A stretch of DNA of 64,000 nt, taken from positions 1,054,001 to 1,118,000 of the forward strand of contig JAYWIR010000044.1 of the NCBI GenBank assembly GCA_036172245.1. Reading direction: 5' to 3'. Positions 12,700 to 24,529 of this stretch are shown one piece after another. Source of the DNA: Raillietiella orientalis (taxonomy: Eukaryota). Below the pieces are notes generated by a model that saw only the letters and a list, made by a program, of their open reading frames with translations, did not search any database and was not told where the DNA came from. The position numbers were made by a program, and so were the translations under genes. Position 1 is the stretch's first letter. Every line of letters starts with the position of its first letter.

Positions 12700-14490
12700 C
12701 GCCCGTCGGTCGCAGAGCGTTCGATTCAGTCTGCTTTCCCCCCTTGACGTCCCAGGCCGCGCAGAACAGTGTCGGTTGCACTGCAGTGACTGTCTTCGTT
12801 CTTGACGGAATCTGAGGAATCTGAGGAATCTGCCTCCTCCCCGACGCAGGATTGCAATCCATCTGCAAGGCCGCTTGCCTCGGCAGACGAGTAGCCACTG
12901 CGGTCTCCTACCTCAGGACAAAATTGTCGCTGGTGCCAGTCGGTTGACGTGGACAGCACGGTCGGACTGAATCCCCTTGTGAATCCCCGCGGGAGGGAGC
13001 ATGAACTGCCTTGGCGTTCCGTCGGGGGGCTTCTGCGTTGCAGAAGCCTCGTTCGTCCATCTCCAGAAGGTAGAGATAGATGCAAGTTTTACTTGCAGGA
13101 ATGGGCCGTGATGTGGAACTCATTCGCGGCTCCCTCCTCCGCCCCCTGCTTTTTGCTTGCTCTGCCCCACCTGATGTCAAGAGAAAGATTGAGGATCTCT
13201 TCAGAAAAGCCATGTGAGCACAGGAAGGTCCTGAGTCCGATTCAAAGACTTGTGTGCTCCGCATGAGGGTAGCGTACTGGACCCCCTCATGGTGAAGAGG
13301 ATGCAGCGTCAGCTCCTATTCAGAAGACTCGCCCTCGAGGCGAAGTTATGAACCATGCCGTGGTCCGCGCCAGCACGCTCCCTGGCCAGGAGAACAGCCG
13401 GTTGCAAAGGACTGTCTTCGGTTCTCATAGCCAACGACACCAGTTTAAGACACTGTGGTTTCCAACTGAGGCGAATGGTTGCCTTGGTGGAAGAGAACAC
13501 CTGGATCTCTCCGCGAGCTGTATTGTCTGGCTGCAGGAGTCAATTTCCACGTAGGAAAAGATCCACGGTGCGAGCGAAGTGGAGTCTGCCTGACTCCGGT
13601 GAGGAAGGCAGCTCGACAGCCAATGCAGGAGAACGTGAAGAATACACGCAAGCTGTTGTGGACTTCGTTTACCCCCACTGCCCCAGAGCTTCTCTCCCTG
13701 AGGGAAGGAAGGAACAGCGACCTTCCGACAGGATGGAAAGTGTCCTGCTGCATTGCAGGAAAAAAGGAAATCACTAAGCAAGTGGACAACTCGGCAGGCC
13801 ACGGAGACTGCCAAAAGGACTGTCATGCTGGGGCGAGATGCTAGGACAGTGGCACCCTTCCCTCAAGTGACAAGAGACGGCGTTGCTGGCGTTGCATTGA
13901 AGAATGCCATGCAAAGCGCGCCTCCACAACTGAACACGGGGAGTTTGGATGCCAATTGTAGAAGGGGAAACGAAAATGAGACCCTTCCCGCACCTCTTGC
14001 TAGACTGTGATGCTCTCCGACCCCTTTTCACATCGTCTCTCGACGATCCTAGGAATCCCAGTGGCGGCCACAGGGACATTTTCAGATGCCTCTTCATGCG
14101 TGGTGCCTCACTGCCACCACCAGTCACGTCCCTCTTGGATCTCCGCTGTCTTCGCGCGATCGCGAAGGTCTGGAACGCCAGAAGAAGAGGCCGAAATGGC
14201 AGAGACGCCATCCACTGGCCGCGGACCTTCCTGAAGAATGCCCCGAGATGACCCCACCTGGGTGAACCCACAATAGAACTTGTCAGCATCCTGGATAGGA
14301 TGCAGAAGGCGTCTCCCAGCGACATGTGTCGGCGACTTTTCCATCCTCCCCTCCCCCAAAAGTCTTTCTCTTTTTTTTGTTTGTTTGCTTTTTCGGTTTC
14401 TCCTTTTCCGTGGAAACGGACTTCGCTGGTCAAGGTAACGGTCGTGGCAAGTTTCAAGCACGTGGAAGAACTAAGCGTTCTATCAACCCA
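12700..14490 (+). mobile_element. 5'-truncated copy of the same L1/Tx1-like family
   Basis: RAFDSV, LGVPSGG..LQKVE, QLLFRRLALEAK (cf. QLQCTTLALEAK at ~33720), decayed zinc finger DANCRRGNENET..HLLLDC, shared T-rich 3' UTR. Confidence 0.75.
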
Positions 14491-15475
14491 TTGTTACTGA
14501 CACGTCTTTTGTTATTATTTTAATAATGCATGCCCTGGAAACATCGGGTGAAAAACTTCGGTTGTCCAGATCTCCGACCCGGGGAGCCATCTCTCTGAGG
14601 AAACCCAACCGAAGGCACGAAAGCGGGCGCATTTTTATTTTTATCTTCCGTCTTCCTGGGAGGTGATTTCCCGGCTTAAATCTTCCTCCTCCTGGGATGT
14701 CAGATCTGATCTCGAGATGGTTCGGGAACTGCAATCGAGATGTATCGAATTAGACAGAACCCAGCATTAGATAAGGGCGGAATTCAATTTTCCCATCCCA
14801 TAGCAATGCCCACAAAAGAAGGAGCAGCGGACCATGCGCACTCCAGAGACCGCGCTGCAGCTCCAGCGGCGGAAGCGCACGCACAGCTGCCAGGAGACGC
14901 TCAGTAGCTCTCTGGGAAGATGCCGTCGAGTTGCTTGGATCTCCGCACGGTCCTCTGGGTTCGAGGGAAATGATGGTGAAGTCGCCCGTTCATGGAGTTT
15001 GTTCCAAGGTCTGCACGTAATCCTCTCGTGCTGCCTCCTTCCTCCACGAATCGCAGAGTCCACCATGCGGCGCAGCGCCCACTTGCAGCGGGCACTGGAG
15101 CCAAGCGAGGTGAAACCACGAAAAATTTGATCGGGACCCTACGTTTCCACTTCAACTTTCCGCAGAGGAGGGGTTCCCTAGGGAACCGATCCGCTTCAAG
15201 GAAAAGATGCCACTCCCGTTCTCTACCGGAGAGACTCGGCTCGCTCCAGTATCTCCTCGCTTTTCTCTACCTGCCTGAATCGTTTCATTTCAATATCCTC
15301 TTCTCTTTTAAATTTCATCTCTTCCCCCTCCAGCCTCATTTTTTTTTCTCCTCTCCGGGGAAACATGTACGGTGCGAAAGGCAGAACTCCCACCTTCTCT
15401 TCCCGTAGGCGCAGCTCATTCTCGGGCGCGAGAGCAAGTGCTGCAGCAACCATGGTCACAGAAAATCCTTTTGGA

Positions 15476-16110
15476 TGATTACAACCCGGTTTTGCCGGGG
15501 CATTTATTAAATATAACAAAAATACATTCTCTCCACGAACCTGCCGAAGAGGGTGCGCAGACCGGCGAGGTCCACTTCGGCAGCGTAGGGGAAGCGAAAA
15601 CAAAACACAAAAAAGATGAACTAACAAAACGGGGGAGGGAAATTTATGCACGGAGAGGGAGGGAATCGAGGGAGGGATCACAGTACGCTGCCAGGAGTCC
15701 TCTGTATCCTGCTCAGGATGCCGGCAAGTTCCGTCTCCGGATAGCGTCCAGATGGGGCCATCTCGAGGCGGTCTTCAGGAAGATCTGCGCCCAGTGGATG
15801 GCGTCTCTGCCATTCTGGCCTCTTCTTCCCGCGTTCCAGGCCGCCGTGGTCTCGCCAACAGGGCAGGGAACTGCGAGGGACACGACTGGCGGCAGCGCCA
15901 CATCCTGCAGGAAGAGTCGTCTGAAAATGTCCCTAGGACCACCTGCAGGTCATTTCGAGGGGACTCCAAAGGGGTCAGTGGACAAGGCAAGGACAACAGC
16001 AGCGGCGGGAGGGTCTCCATCTTCCCGCGCCTTTCGCACTGAGCGTCCACGCTCCTCCCCCGTATCCAGTGGTAAAGTTGCGCTTTGCAAGGGATTTTCC
16101 CATGCACCAC
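15476..16110 (-). mobile_element. 3' fragment of the L1/Tx1-like family
   Basis: QCERRGKMETLPPLLL zinc-finger remnant, WNAGRRGQNGRDAIHW (cf. WNARRRGRNGRDAIHW at ~14170), T-rich 3' UTR with AATAAA. Confidence 0.7.
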
Positions 16111-16112
16111 CA

Positions 16113-16825
16113 GCAATAGGGAACGATACCTTTCCCTTCAAACGTTCCTTCCAGGATCTCCATCTTTGTTTCCGTCTGCCGGCCGGTCACCGCCTTCAGC
16201 TTTGTCCAACCCTGGAGCAGGTGGGACTCGCTGCCCGACGCTGCGTTTCCGAATCTCCGCAGACCTTGCAGAGCACGTCTTGGTTGTCGCATGTCCGATA
16301 CTTCCTTCCTTCCTTCCAGGATTTCCCCATGGTAATACGTCTGGAGGTCATCTCGACTGTACGCGGTAGGTCGCTCCTCCGTACCGTTGGGCGAGCAGTT
16401 TCATGTTCCGGATCACCTAGAGATCCCGCAGACCTTGTCGGGTGTGTCATCCTGTTTCCGTTTCCCTTCATTCAATCGCGGATGTTAGCTCTGGTGATCA
16501 GGCGCCTTCGTGTTTCCAGATCTCGCGAGTCCTGTGGCTGAACCTTCTCATCATTTTCGTGACGCGGAGATGCAACCGCGTTTTGGGGCAGCTGAAACTC
16601 GTGACGAACTGTTAGCAAGTCATTCGCGGATGGTCATTCGTGGTTTCTGGAGCATCCATTGTCTGATCTCCGGAGGGACCCTTATGAAATAAGTAATCAC
16701 CATGGTGACTTCCTCCTAACGCAGTTCTTTGGCACCTTGGCACCATCTTGAGTAGGCTTTCCGCACGGATTTGCCAGGGAGTTCATCATTGAAACAACAA
16801 CAGAAGACGTGTTCAGTAGCAATAG
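16113..16825. repeat. ~710-bp near-identical direct repeat, copy 1 (copy 2 at 43835-44547); LINE-like zinc-finger remnant on the minus strand
   Basis: Identical ORF translations 16196-16471 = 43918-44193 and 16510-16692 = 44232-44414; LCKVCGDSET..TC. Confidence 0.95.
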
Positions 16826-16827
16826 AG

Positions 16828-17550
16828 TGGTTTGACGGCCGATTGCGCTGAGGCATTTATTTACATAAAAAATAACGTACAGATCAATGGCAGGACGCTT
16901 GGTCCTGCCATGTTGTACTAAAAGGAGCCTGCCGAGAACCCGCACGCAGGCCAGCGTAGTTCTCCCGGCAGCAGAGGGGGGGAGGGTAAACAGCAACAAA
17001 AAAAATGAAGCAAAAAAATATATACAAAAAAATTGGGAAGGCTCTGGAAGGCATCACCGGGTGCTGAAGGGCTTCTTCTGTATCCTTGCAAGGATGCCGG
17101 CGAGTTCCTTCCTCTGAATGCACGGATGGGGTCATCTTGACGCCATCCTCACGAAGAGGACAGCAGAATAGATGGTGTTCCTGTCGTTGTGGCCTCCTCT
17201 GGCATTGCTCCATGCTGCTACGATCCCGCTGCGAGGGCAGCATAGTGTTGCCAGGGATGTGGTCTGCCGGCGTGAGGGCGTCGCTCTGGAAGAGGTGCTT
17301 CAGAAGGTTTCTGGAGTTGCCTTCGGGGATCTGCAGGGGCGCGGCAAAGCGTTCCCACAAGAGGCGGAGGGCCACACAATCCACGATCAAGTGCGGGAGG
17401 GACCTCCCTGTGCTCCACAGGGCTTTTCTCAGGAGGTCTTCGGTCTTTCTCTTGATGTCAGGTGGGACGAGGCAAAAAAAAAGCAGGGGTCAGAGGAGGG
17501 GAGCCGCGAACGCATTCCGCACCACGTCCCGTTGCTGTAAGAAAAACTTG
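16828..17550 (-). mobile_element. Internally deleted 3' copy of the L1/Tx1-like family
   Basis: KFFLQQRDVVRNAFAAP..LLRKALWSTGRS joined directly to LPHLIVDC; full 3' UTR with hairpin at 16887-16911 and AATAAA. Confidence 0.75.
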
Positions 17551-17744
17551 CCGTTACCTCGTGCCACTGATGGCGCTCTCACGAAGTGCGCGGGCGCGCC
17601 AACGCTCGCTCCGGAACTCTACCCGAACGAGGACGGGGGAAGGGCGAAGAGCACCTGCCCCAGGAGAGGCCGAACAAGAGATCGCGGGGGCGACCGACGG
17701 ATCGGGAGACTCGTCGAGCTCTCTGGAGGCAAAGCGCGAGAGTT

Positions 17745-18700
17745 TTCTTTTTTTGTTTTTTTTTTGGTTCGCTAAGTACCTCAGAGCCGGTCGCGTGCCT
17801 CGCGGCGCAAGTGGCTCTTTTTAAACATTAACACTGTTTTGTTTCCACGCCTGTCCGCGGCAACCCGCAGGTGGGGGGACATGTAATTCTTCAGTGTAAT
17901 TCTTCAGGATAGGGGGCACCCTGGGATGGGTTCCGGCCTATGAATCCAGGAAGGGCTCGGAGTCCGTTCCTCTCACGCTTGGGGAAGGATCCCCCACAGA
18001 CGGGGGGGATCGCACCTCCCACCCTAGTTGTCTCCGAAGGGGAACCCCGAAGGGAATCTCCTTCCTCATTCTCTCCGGAGGGACACTCCCTGGGAGGGGG
18101 GTGGTCCTCTCCATCTCAACTTCTCCGAAGGGAACCCGGAAAGGATCCGCTTGCAGGAATTTCTTCTTCGGAGGGAACCCGCAAGGGAACCGCTCCTGTT
18201 CACTCCTCTGAAGAGAACCCCGAAAGGACTCTTCCGAAACTCAGAAGGGGTGCTGCAGCTTTCCACAGAGGAATCGCTCTCGCTGGCTTCCTTGTGCACA
18301 CTTGTGAAGAGGCGACGACTCAGAGGGACCCCCCAACAGGGGGGTCCGCTCCTTTGAACAACTGGAGAGGTGCCCGTGAGGGCTCCTGCTCCATCTTGAA
18401 ACCGGAGGCGGTCCCCCGGTGACTGGGGTCCACTCTCCGTTGCACATCGGAGGGGGAACTTCCCACTCTTTTATTCCTGGGAGGACCCGAAGGTCGAATC
18501 CCATTCTTCCGGCCTTCATCGTTTGGGAGGCCCCCGGCTTTATCCACCGCCGGCCACGCCCGCATGTCATGGCCAACCAGCGCCGTTGCTGGAGAAACTC
18601 AGAACCCAAACGACGCAGTGACGTCAGTGTCTGCCGAAGTATTCGAACCCGCGACGCATGGTGCCACGAGCGGAAGCCTTAACCACAAAGCCTCCGACGC
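17745..18700 (-). mobile_element. tRNA-headed SINE-like repeat, most complete and uninterrupted copy (~0.95 kb)
   Basis: Minus strand begins ..AGGCTTTGTGGTTAAGG..GTCGCGGGTTCGAATAC (A/B-box-like); body has ~40-bp subrepeats (plus strand YCTCCGAAGGGAACCC at ~18031, 18072, 18122, 18165, 18205); A-rich tail at ~17745-17765; homologs elsewhere in the window. Confidence 0.7.
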
Positions 18701-20489
18701 GGGCAGGGAGGGTAGGAGAGCGAGAGGGGTGGTGGCTCCTGCGTAACGGGGCAAGGGCTAGCCAATATCGCCACCTGACGAGTTTCATCGGGAAGACGCT
18801 CTCAAGCGTCGCGGCTCCAAGGGAAGGAACGGAAGGCTGACACCAAGATCCTTTCCCTTAGGTGCTTTCCGTGTGACCCTGAGAGCCTGTAGATGGCGCG
18901 CTCAGGGTCTCGCCTTTCGCGCGCCTTCCTTCCCAGAGTGACCCGATGGTACGCCCGCTCGGGGCACCTCGCGTGCGCACATCAACGATCCGAGCCATCT
19001 GCCGGAGGCCGCAAAAGCGGGCCGGGGATTTCCGGGACAGCCCGCGTTCTCGTTTGAGTGTTACCCCTCCTTCCCCCGTTTCGCCCCCTCCGGGACGCCG
19101 ATCCTCGTCCTTCCATCTTTTTTTCTCCGCCGCCGCTCTCGAGAAAGAGGACGTCCTCCGAGGAGTCCCCGAGGCTGCGGTTGGTGGAAACCTCGTGTTG
19201 AAGCACCCGCCAACGTCGCAACGGAGTGCTGGCGTTGGCGGGTGAGTGACAATGGCCGATGGTGATGACGACAATGATATAGAGACGACGATGATGATGA
19301 TAATGAGGAGGAGGAGGAAGGGGGACAAAGGCCCCCGGAGCTGCTGAAGGATTGACGAGCACTCCAGGCGGCTGTCCCTGAGGGAGGACGGAGACCTCCT
19401 TGAAAGGAGGCGGGGTCGCTCGTGTACAAAGTGGCCGGGGCGGAGATGGCCACTCCTCAACGGCGCACGTTCCGGGATCGGCGCTCACGATGGCACTTCT
19501 GGGCACTTCCTGGCTGAGGCAATCCTGGAGTCTGTTCCCGTGGACATCCCCGGATGAGCTCTTGTTTGCCTTCCTGGAGGAGAAACACGACGACGCCGAA
19601 AAGCTTTTAACCGAAATGCGGTCTGCTCGGGTTTTTCGTTTTTCTCTTCCCCTCCTCTTCTCCTTTGACCAGCAGTCCCGGAGGAGCTTTCCAGAATATC
19701 GCTCAAAGACTCTCGAATGGCCTTCAAGAGGCACTTACGAGGAGCAAACAGATCCGCGTATACGCACGTGCCAGCCACTTCCGACGAAGGCGAAGTTCAA
19801 GCCGCGAGGGTTCCGCAGAGGTCCAGACTCTGCGGCTGCCTTTCCGATCTTCGCGCGTCATCCCTCTGAGGTTCCAGGCGCCACCGGAAGCGCGGCGCAC
19901 ATCCCCGAAGGCGATTCCGGCGAGACGAGGCGCTCGTCTCCGGAGGTCTCCGGAGACTTTCCTGATAGGGGTTGCCCCGCAGGACTGCAGAGGTGGAAGC
20001 CTGCGGAGCCTTTGCTGCCTCTGGAGGGTTGCGGGGCCAAAGTCTCGCGGGGAGGCAAGTGCGAAGGGAGGCGGGACACCCGTTACTAGAGGGCGCGTTC
20101 CCGAAACCGCATGGGCTCCCCACGCACACGCCGCGGACTCTGTGCCTGGTGGCGGGCTCGAACTGATACGGAGGCAGGGAGAGATCGTTTCCTGTTTCCA
20201 GGCAACAACCGGGCGAGCAGCCTGCAGTCCCTCCAAAACCACACGAGTTGCACGGGTGGTCATGTCGAGTCGATGCACTTGTGACCCCTGACCGCCCATC
20301 TGATATCAAGAGGGCATGCCTTCATGGACCCTAAAGCCAAGGCGGAGATCGTGAGAACTCGGGTCGCCGGGCAGGGAAACGTGAACCTTGGAAGGAAACG
20401 CCTGCCCGCTAGCTTGCCCACCTGCCCGAGATTGCCCATCTGCCCGCAGGCCTGCCCATCTGCTTGCAAGGTTGCTCTGCTTGGAAAAA

Positions 20490-21810
20490 AATTTATTCCA
20501 TTTTATTTTTTTCTCGTTTTTTTCGGGTTTTTCTTTTTCCTTGCTTCGATGAGTGCCGAAAAACCATTCGCCTCCTTGAGGACCTCAAGAAGCTCTTTGA
20601 CACGAAGGTGCGTGCAACTTTTTAAGTTATGGGCGGCACACCGGGGGAAACCACCCTAAGGAACCAGGGAGGAAGGAGTCCGTTCCTCTTACGTTTGGAA
20701 GGAAACCTTAAAGGGTACCTCCGCCGTGGCTGCTCTCCAAGGAACCACGAAGAAAACCGCTTCCTTATTCTCTTTGAGGGATTGGAGTTGTTTCTCCTTT
20801 GAAGGGAACCTGGGAAGGATCCGCTCCTGGAATTTCCTCTCTGAAGGGAACCTTTGCAAGGAAACCATTCCTTATTTGATCCTCTGAAGAGACCCCCGAA
20901 TGAGCTCATCCCAATTTCTCTGAAGGGTCGCTCCCCGGAGGGAGCAGCATTCTTGAAGAGGCGTCAGTCAACCAGCTCCGTGGTGTGGCTCCATTTTCGC
21001 AAAAGGAGATCCCGAACGGTTCTTGAATTCTTGGAAGGACCCCGGAGAGTCCACTTCAAATCCAAGTCAGTCAACGAGGTCATCCTGTTTCCAGATTCCA
21101 AGAGTGCCGCACCTCCTAGTGAACTGTGTTGTCCTCCGACCCCTTTGGGGACGCTTCACCACTACCCTTGGAATTCCCGGCGACAACGCCCGAGATGTTG
21201 TAAAGCTCCTCTTTCAGCGCGATGCCCTCACGCCAGCCGCAGCCCCAAGCAGCACTTTGCTGCCTACGCGGGATCGTGGCTGCATGGAGCTCCGCCAGGG
21301 GAGGCCAGAACGACAGAGACGCCATCTACTTTGTTATCTTCTCCATGAGGATAGAGTCAAGATGACCCCATCTGGGAATATTACTCGCCGTCAGGAACTT
21401 GCCGGCATCCTTAGAGGGATGCAGAGCGACACCCTCCAGAACACAGTGATCCCTTCCCAAACCCCTTCATTTTTTCACTGGATTTTCCGTTTTTCTTTTT
21501 TTCTTTCTTGTTTGTTCCCTCTCGTCCCTTCTGCTGCCGAGGCAAACCCTACTGGACTGCATTCCGGTTCTCGGCAGGTTCCCATGGTTACATTTGCAGC
21601 GTGGAAGGACGAAGAGTTCTGCCACTGATCTGTATGCTTATTTTTTATATGAATGAACGCCCAAGCGCAACCAAATGTCAAACCAGAGTCTTTCCAAGAG
21701 GTGAACTCGAAACCCACGACTCACCCACTTCTCAGCATCGATTTTTTTGCGGGCTGGATTCGAACCCGTAACGCTCCGCACAGCGGACGGAGATCGCAGC
21801 CGCGCGGCCG
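20490..21810 (-). mobile_element. SINE-like repeat copy interrupted by a LINE fragment (21105-21685)
   Basis: Shared blocks GCGTCAGTCAACCAGCTCCGTGGTG..GCTCCATTTTCG, GGAAGGACCC, and GGATTCGAACCCG at ~21756. Confidence 0.7.
21105..21685 (+). mobile_element. Short 3' copy of the L1/Tx1-like family inserted in the SINE-like repeat
   Basis: HLLVNCVVLRPLW zinc-finger tail; nucleotide similarity to 39147-39708; hairpin at 21601-21625; ends AAACCA. Confidence 0.78.
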
Positions 21811-22099
21811 CCGACTCGGGCTCGAGAAATTTTCTCTTTTGCTGCTGACGACGCCCGGAGTCCCAGAAGCGGCTGGGAGGCTGCTTCTTCTTCTGTGCGG
21901 CCGATCCGATGCATCCGCACTGATTGATGTGCCCGAAACTCAGGTTCAACGTCTCCTTCCGCGCCCACGGAGCGAGAGCGGAGTCCCGGTTCTCTCAAGC
22001 AGACGAATGTGGGACCCAACAGGAATCCAAGGGTCAAAAGAGAGAATGAGAGCAAAAAAACACAGAATGAGAAGGAACAACAGAAAAAAAACTCGCCTT

Positions 22100-24450
22100 C
22101 TTTTCCTGCCTCGATCTCCAGACTCCGTTTATTTCATGAGCGGAGGGATCGCACAGGATGAAAGGGGACGTGATGTTTGCGCTTACCGCTATCTTGTCTC
22201 GTGAGTATTAGGTTATGCTCTCATTTCCGGAAGTCCACTGCCCAGTGGGCACCGGTCTCTCTTAGACGCCGATTGAACCAACGTTTCCTTCGTCTGGAGG
22301 ATGTCCTGATCGATGGATACCACAGCCAGCTGCTTCCCAGGTTTCCGATGCCAAAACATTGCGACGACGAAAAGTAGCAGCTCTGTTCCTTGAGTAGACA
22401 GAGGAATTGCATGGGATAAACGAGCGAAGATTGCCCACCGCCTTCACTCGGCGGTCCATCTCGACCCGTCCAGATTTCGCTCTTGCATCATTTTCCCAAA
22501 TCCTCCATTCGCATCCGCTCCCACTGCTGGACCTCGATGTTCTCGGCGTTTCCTTCATCGGGATGATGTCTCGACCGATGGGTCCAGTTCGTATGGCGGT
22601 CACTTTGCGGCACCTTATTTTGTCAAGATGCAGCTAGCGAACGGAGAGGAAGGAATCACTGGAACTGTTGCGTCTGTCTTTCACTTTCAACAGCCAGCTC
22701 GCGTAGGCGCCATCGGTTCATCCATCGAGACTCCAAGAGCAGCGATAGCTGCAAATACAAGCGACGTGCGAAAGACGCAGCTCTGTCAACGATTGGGTGG
22801 CAAAGGTCTCAACGGTCTCGAAAGCAGCTTTCCACAGAATAGCTGACTAAGAAATACCAACGGCGTGTGAAGGAAGCAGCCGTTTATCGCATCGGACGAA
22901 CGGTTCCAAATTCTCCACCATCTTCATTTCCCTCTCATCTCCACTTCCCTTCCGTATCAGGCGATGGCGTCCATATTCCATAAATGCTCAGTTCGCTCCG
23001 CACCCGCTGGAGCCAGTTCTTCTTGGCGTCAACGTTCCCGACGTTTTCTTCATCGGCAAGATGTCCCGAGCGATGGATGCCCCCTGCGGCCGCGTTGGAT
23101 GAGACATCTCGTTTCTCGAAGATTTCACAGCCACGAGATCTCTAGCCTTCGCAACGACTCCCCATCGTGGGGATCCCACGACCTTGGAAACACAGCTGCT
23201 GGGATCCCTCCGTTGATGCAGAAAGGCAGCGGGTCTTTGCGTGTGGTCTGCTTCCTTCCCGGCGCCCTTCCGAGAGTCCTCAAGGTGGTATCGAAGGAGC
23301 AGGCGGCGTCCGGGAAGACCATCCCTGTTGCTTTGTTCAGGAACGGGAGGGAGCTCAATCCAGCGATGAACTCATGTTACTTCCCTGCTGCCTTCCACCG
23401 CACACCTGAACCGGTGAAGAGTGCGCCGCGTCGCCGGATGCCCAGGAGAGAGTGGCCGAGATGCGGAGCCTCCCCTCCGACTTGAGATCTTCCGCAGCTG
23501 CGAGTCCAGCGTGGGATGAGCAGTCCCTGTGACCAGGAAGCCGCTGAGCCTCGTAGTGGCAGCAGCACGGGTGATCCTGGAATCCGGCAGCCGGAGGCAA
23601 CCCAGGAAGCGAGGAGATGGCATCGCGAATGAGCCAATGATGGAAGATCCGCGCTGCATCATTGGCGGCCGACCAGGAGTGGGGGCAGCATAGGGGTGGT
23701 ACATCAAAGAGATGAGGGTGAACGACACACGTCCGCTGTCACCATCAGCAGGAGACATGACAAGTTGCTGCAGTTTTTCGCAGCCCCCCGCGGGGCTCGG
23801 CAACCTCGGATCCAGACGAGGGCACGGCTGGCGCTTCTGCGCAGTGCAGTGCGCGACGTGGCTTTTTCCTTGGTCTTTTTCTCTCGTCAAAGAGTGCCGC
23901 TCCTCTCTGCGCTGAAGATCGTGGGCTCGACGCCAGCTTGGGTTTCACGGTTGCAGCGAGAGCACCGCCTCCGGAGAGAGCCTTCCGGCTATCCTCCTGC
24001 AAACGGGCATCTCGCTTCCGAAGCGGCGAATGCGCGCCATCCTGTTTCGTTTTCGGGCACTTTGGAGATTGCGCTGGTGTTCGCAGGTCCGGGCGGATGG
24101 TTTGTTTGCCCGTGGGAGCCACAAAGCGTGTAGCAGAGTCGCACATCCCACTTCGGCAACACCCTGGAACTCTGTGGGCTGCAGCCAGCTGCCTAGCCAA
24201 GGGTGGTCGGATGAAAGCCATCGATTCAAAGAGGATCTTCGGCACCCTTCCTTACCCTTGTTCCTCGAAGCCCATCACCGAGCTAATGGGCTCCATTTTC
24301 AGGCGTCGAAGAGGAAAATACTCGATCCTTTGAAGCAACTCGCGATTGCCCCAGCCTTTGCATGCGGAGCACTTCGATGTTCTCTTCGTGGTGGAAACGC
24401 GGAGATAATTCCTTCCGCTTCTCGCGCGTAAGAGAAAGTTGGAAGTGATA
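22100..24450 (+). mobile_element. Helitron relic(s), Rep C-terminal region to helicase start
   Basis: VASVFHFQQP, AIAANTSD, SLPYQAM..HKC, RFLHRQD, SPSAGD..LLQFF..RGA, in the expected order. Confidence 0.5.
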
Positions 24451-24529
24451 GTCTCTGGTGCCGTCTCAAGCTAGAGACCTCCAACCCCACCCTCCGAGCC
24501 CTTGATTGATTCATTTACTGTCCCTTGTT

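Noticed and set aside
15372..16541. 389-aa plus-strand ORF, the longest in the track
   Set aside because: Antisense to two LINE relics and crosses their junction; no recognisable domain.
18628..18700. Functional tRNA gene
   Set aside because: Acceptor, anticodon and T stems do not pair properly; it is the head of a dispersed repeat.
18850..20480. Overlapping 190-250-aa ORFs and an acidic tract as a gene or LINE ORF1
   Set aside because: Open on both strands due to high GC; no motif I can support.
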